Positions 62,178 through 64,000 of a DNA stretch of 64,000 nucleotides are shown piece after piece. The translations under genes and the position numbers were made by a program. The stretch comes from Candidatus Poribacteria bacterium. Its GTDB lineage: Bacteria; Poribacteria; WGA-4E; UBA9662. The notes beneath the pieces are model-generated. The model saw only the letters and a list, made by a program, of their open reading frames with translations, ran no database searches and was not told the DNA's origin. The stretch is from positions 32,001-96,000 of the forward strand of contig JAYGDX010000016.1 of assembly GCA_046582655.1 (NCBI GenBank), read 5' to 3'. Numbering within the stretch: position 1 is the first letter of the stretch; every line of letters begins with the position of its first letter.

Positions 62178-64000
62178 TTACATTGTTTGTTCTATTGCAC
62201 AGTAGTCTAATATGTATTGATTCAGTTCCAAACTGACCTGTTGAAACACATCCGACCAATCATTCATACGTGTCTGTCGAAACAGCTTCATCGAAGAATA
62301 CCAAGGCGTATCTTCTCTTTTCAACATCCAACGCCAGTCTGGGACGTAAGGTAGTAATGTCCAGACTTTTTTCCCCAAAGCGCCAGCCATATGTACCGTC
62401 GTATTATCTATTGATATGACTAAATCTAAGGTTGATACCTGTGCCGCGAAATCATCCAAATTTTTTAAAGGGTCTATTTCCCCATCTAGATAGATCGAAA
62501 TGTTACTCTGATCGGAAGTATACTCTTCAATTTCCTGCCTAACGTCTCCATATTGTAAATTAATAAAAAAACAATCCTGTTTCGATAGAATGGGCTTCCA
62601 ATTCTCTAAGGAAGTGCTCTTTGTATCCGCCCTTGTTTGATCTATACTGGTACTTTTCCAAGAGATGCCGACCAATATTTTCCCATCGGCCAGCTTCCGG
62701 TATTTACTTCTTATTTCTGGGGTTTTCTCCGGACAAACATATAGGTAGAAATTTTTATTGGATAAAAAGCTTCTTTCCTCGGTTCTGAACCATCGACCTA
62801 ACCCACCCATTGGAACATGATAATTGATATTACTATTTAGGAGTCTTGGTTGGGTAGGATTTTCTTGAGGTACAAAGTCAATTTGAGGAAAGGAGCGCTG
62901 GAATAGAGGAATCAGTCTCCGCTCACATTCGATGATGGTATCAGCTTTAGTTTTCAACAGATCTTCAAAGATACTGGCAAACATAATTTGATCGCCAATA
63001 CCTTGTTCCGCCCAAACCAAAATGGATTTTCCTTCAATATTTGAACCATTCCAAGCCGGTTGAGGGAAAATCCTGTTTTCAGTTAGAAAATCGTCACATT
63101 TATCTCGCCATTCATAATGTTTCCAGCCATCATCAAACTCACCTTTTAACAGTAGTGATATGCCTAAATTTTTATGTGCTTCGGCGAACTGTGGATTGAT
63201 TTTGATGGCTTGATAATAAGATTGGACAGATTCCTCCAGCTCTCCCAGTTCTTGGAAGATGACACCAAGATTGTTATGGGTTTCGGCGTTATCAGGTGCA
63301 ATCTCAATGGCCTGCAGATAGACTTGAATCGCTTGGTCAAATTTTCTCTGTTTTTTAAGGAGAACACCAAGATTGTTGTAAGGATCAATAAAGTTAGGTT
63401 GAAATGCAATAGCTTGTTGATAAATCTGAACTGCTTGATCGAATTGTTCTTGCTCCTGCAAGGCTAAACCCAGATTATAGTGAGCTTCGGCATGACTTGA
63501 CTGAAGTTCAATAGCCTGTCGATATGCCTGAGCCGCTTGTTGTAACCTTTCTTGTTTATGCAAAGTGGTGCCAAGATGGTAATACATCTCAGCGTCATTT
63601 GGATGATGTTCGATGGCCCGACGAAAAACCTGAATCGCCTCGTCTAATTGTCCTTTTTGTTGAAGAAGTTTGCCAAGATTATAACAGGCCTCTATATTGT
63701 CAGGCTTAATCTCAATTGCCCACCGGTAAGCTTGAATAGCCTCATTGAGCTTATCCTGTTTTTGTAAGACAATCCCCAGGTTATTATGCCCCTCAGTAAA
63801 TCGAGGATTAATCTCAATAGATTGGTGAAATGCTTGGACTGCCTGGTCTAATTTCTCCTGTCCTTTTAGGACGAGACCCAAGTTATTAAAGAATGAATAC
63901 TGAGTTGAATCTATTTTTATAGCTTGGGTAATTAAATTAGCGGCAATCTGATGTTCTTTCTCTTGATAAGCTATAACCCCCAAGAGATGAAGAGCATCTG
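62178..64000 (-). CDS. TPR-repeat protein with C-terminal glycosyltransferase (GT9-like) domain; start beyond the window
   Basis: About 9 TPRs; ILVWAEQGIGDQIMF, NLQYG, DLVISIDNTTVHMAGALG, DWRW, PWY. Confidence 0.88.
   Translation of the reverse strand, partial: DALHLLGVIAYQEKEHQIAANLITQAIKIDSTQYSFFNNLGLVLKGQEKLDQAVQAFHQSIEINPRFTEGHNNLGIVLQKQDKLNEAIQAYRWAIEIKPDNIEACYNLGKLLQQKGQLDEAIQVFRRAIEHHPNDAEMYYHLGTTLHKQERLQQAAQAYRQAIELQSSHAEAHYNLGLALQEQEQFDQAVQIYQQAIAFQPNFIDPYNNLGVLLKKQRKFDQAIQVYLQAIEIAPDNAETHNNLGVIFQELGELEESVQSYYQAIKINPQFAEAHKNLGISLLLKGEFDDGWKHYEWRDKCDDFLTENRIFPQPAWNGSNIEGKSILVWAEQGIGDQIMFASIFEDLLKTKADTIIECERRLIPLFQRSFPQIDFVPQENPTQPRLLNSNINYHVPMGGLGRWFRTEERSFLSNKNFYLYVCPEKTPEIRSKYRKLADGKILVGISWKSTSIDQTRADTKSTSLENWKPILSKQDCFFINLQYGDVRQEIEEYTSDQSNISIYLDGEIDPLKNLDDFAAQVSTLDLVISIDNTTVHMAGALGKKVWTLLPYVPDWRWMLKREDTPWYSSMKLFRQTRMNDWSDVFQQVSLELNQYILDYCAIEQTM

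Noticed and set aside
1..64000. CRISPR arrays, tRNA/rRNA genes, prophage or defence islands; many short antisense ORFs in the track
   Set aside because: No regularly spaced repeats, cloverleafs, rRNA signatures or phage/defence genes recognised by eye; the short ORFs are shadows of longer genes.

Overview
64 kb of bacterial chromosome, roughly 40-50% GC by eye. It is rich in sulfatases, enolase-superfamily dehydratases, PhyH dioxygenases, beta-propeller glycosidase-like proteins, TPR proteins and LamG remnants. This gene mix suggests Candidatus Poribacteria or a similar marine heterotroph (inference only). Main blocks: a minus-strand deacetylase/sulfatase run (1-8.2 kb); SagB-like nitroreductase, glutaminyl cyclase, queC and an S1/P1-like nuclease (9-13.3 kb); a candidate structured ncRNA (13.4-13.6 kb); two tandem paralogous hypothetical genes; a nine-gene minus-strand catabolic cluster with PL2-like lyase and divergent SHMT (18-30 kb); a plus-strand oxidoreductase/dehydratase operon; grpE-dnaK-prfA-prmC, nadA and a sigma-70 factor; then a zone with many decayed genes (43.7-62 kb) and TPR-glycosyltransferase genes. 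The strongest signal is queC. It has a single in-frame TGA exactly at the conserved Cys of the YPDC motif, making it a candidate selenoprotein (or a nonsense mutant), and it also lacks all four canonical zinc-binding cysteines. No rRNA, tRNA or CRISPR array was seen. Family calls come from motif recognition, not database searches.
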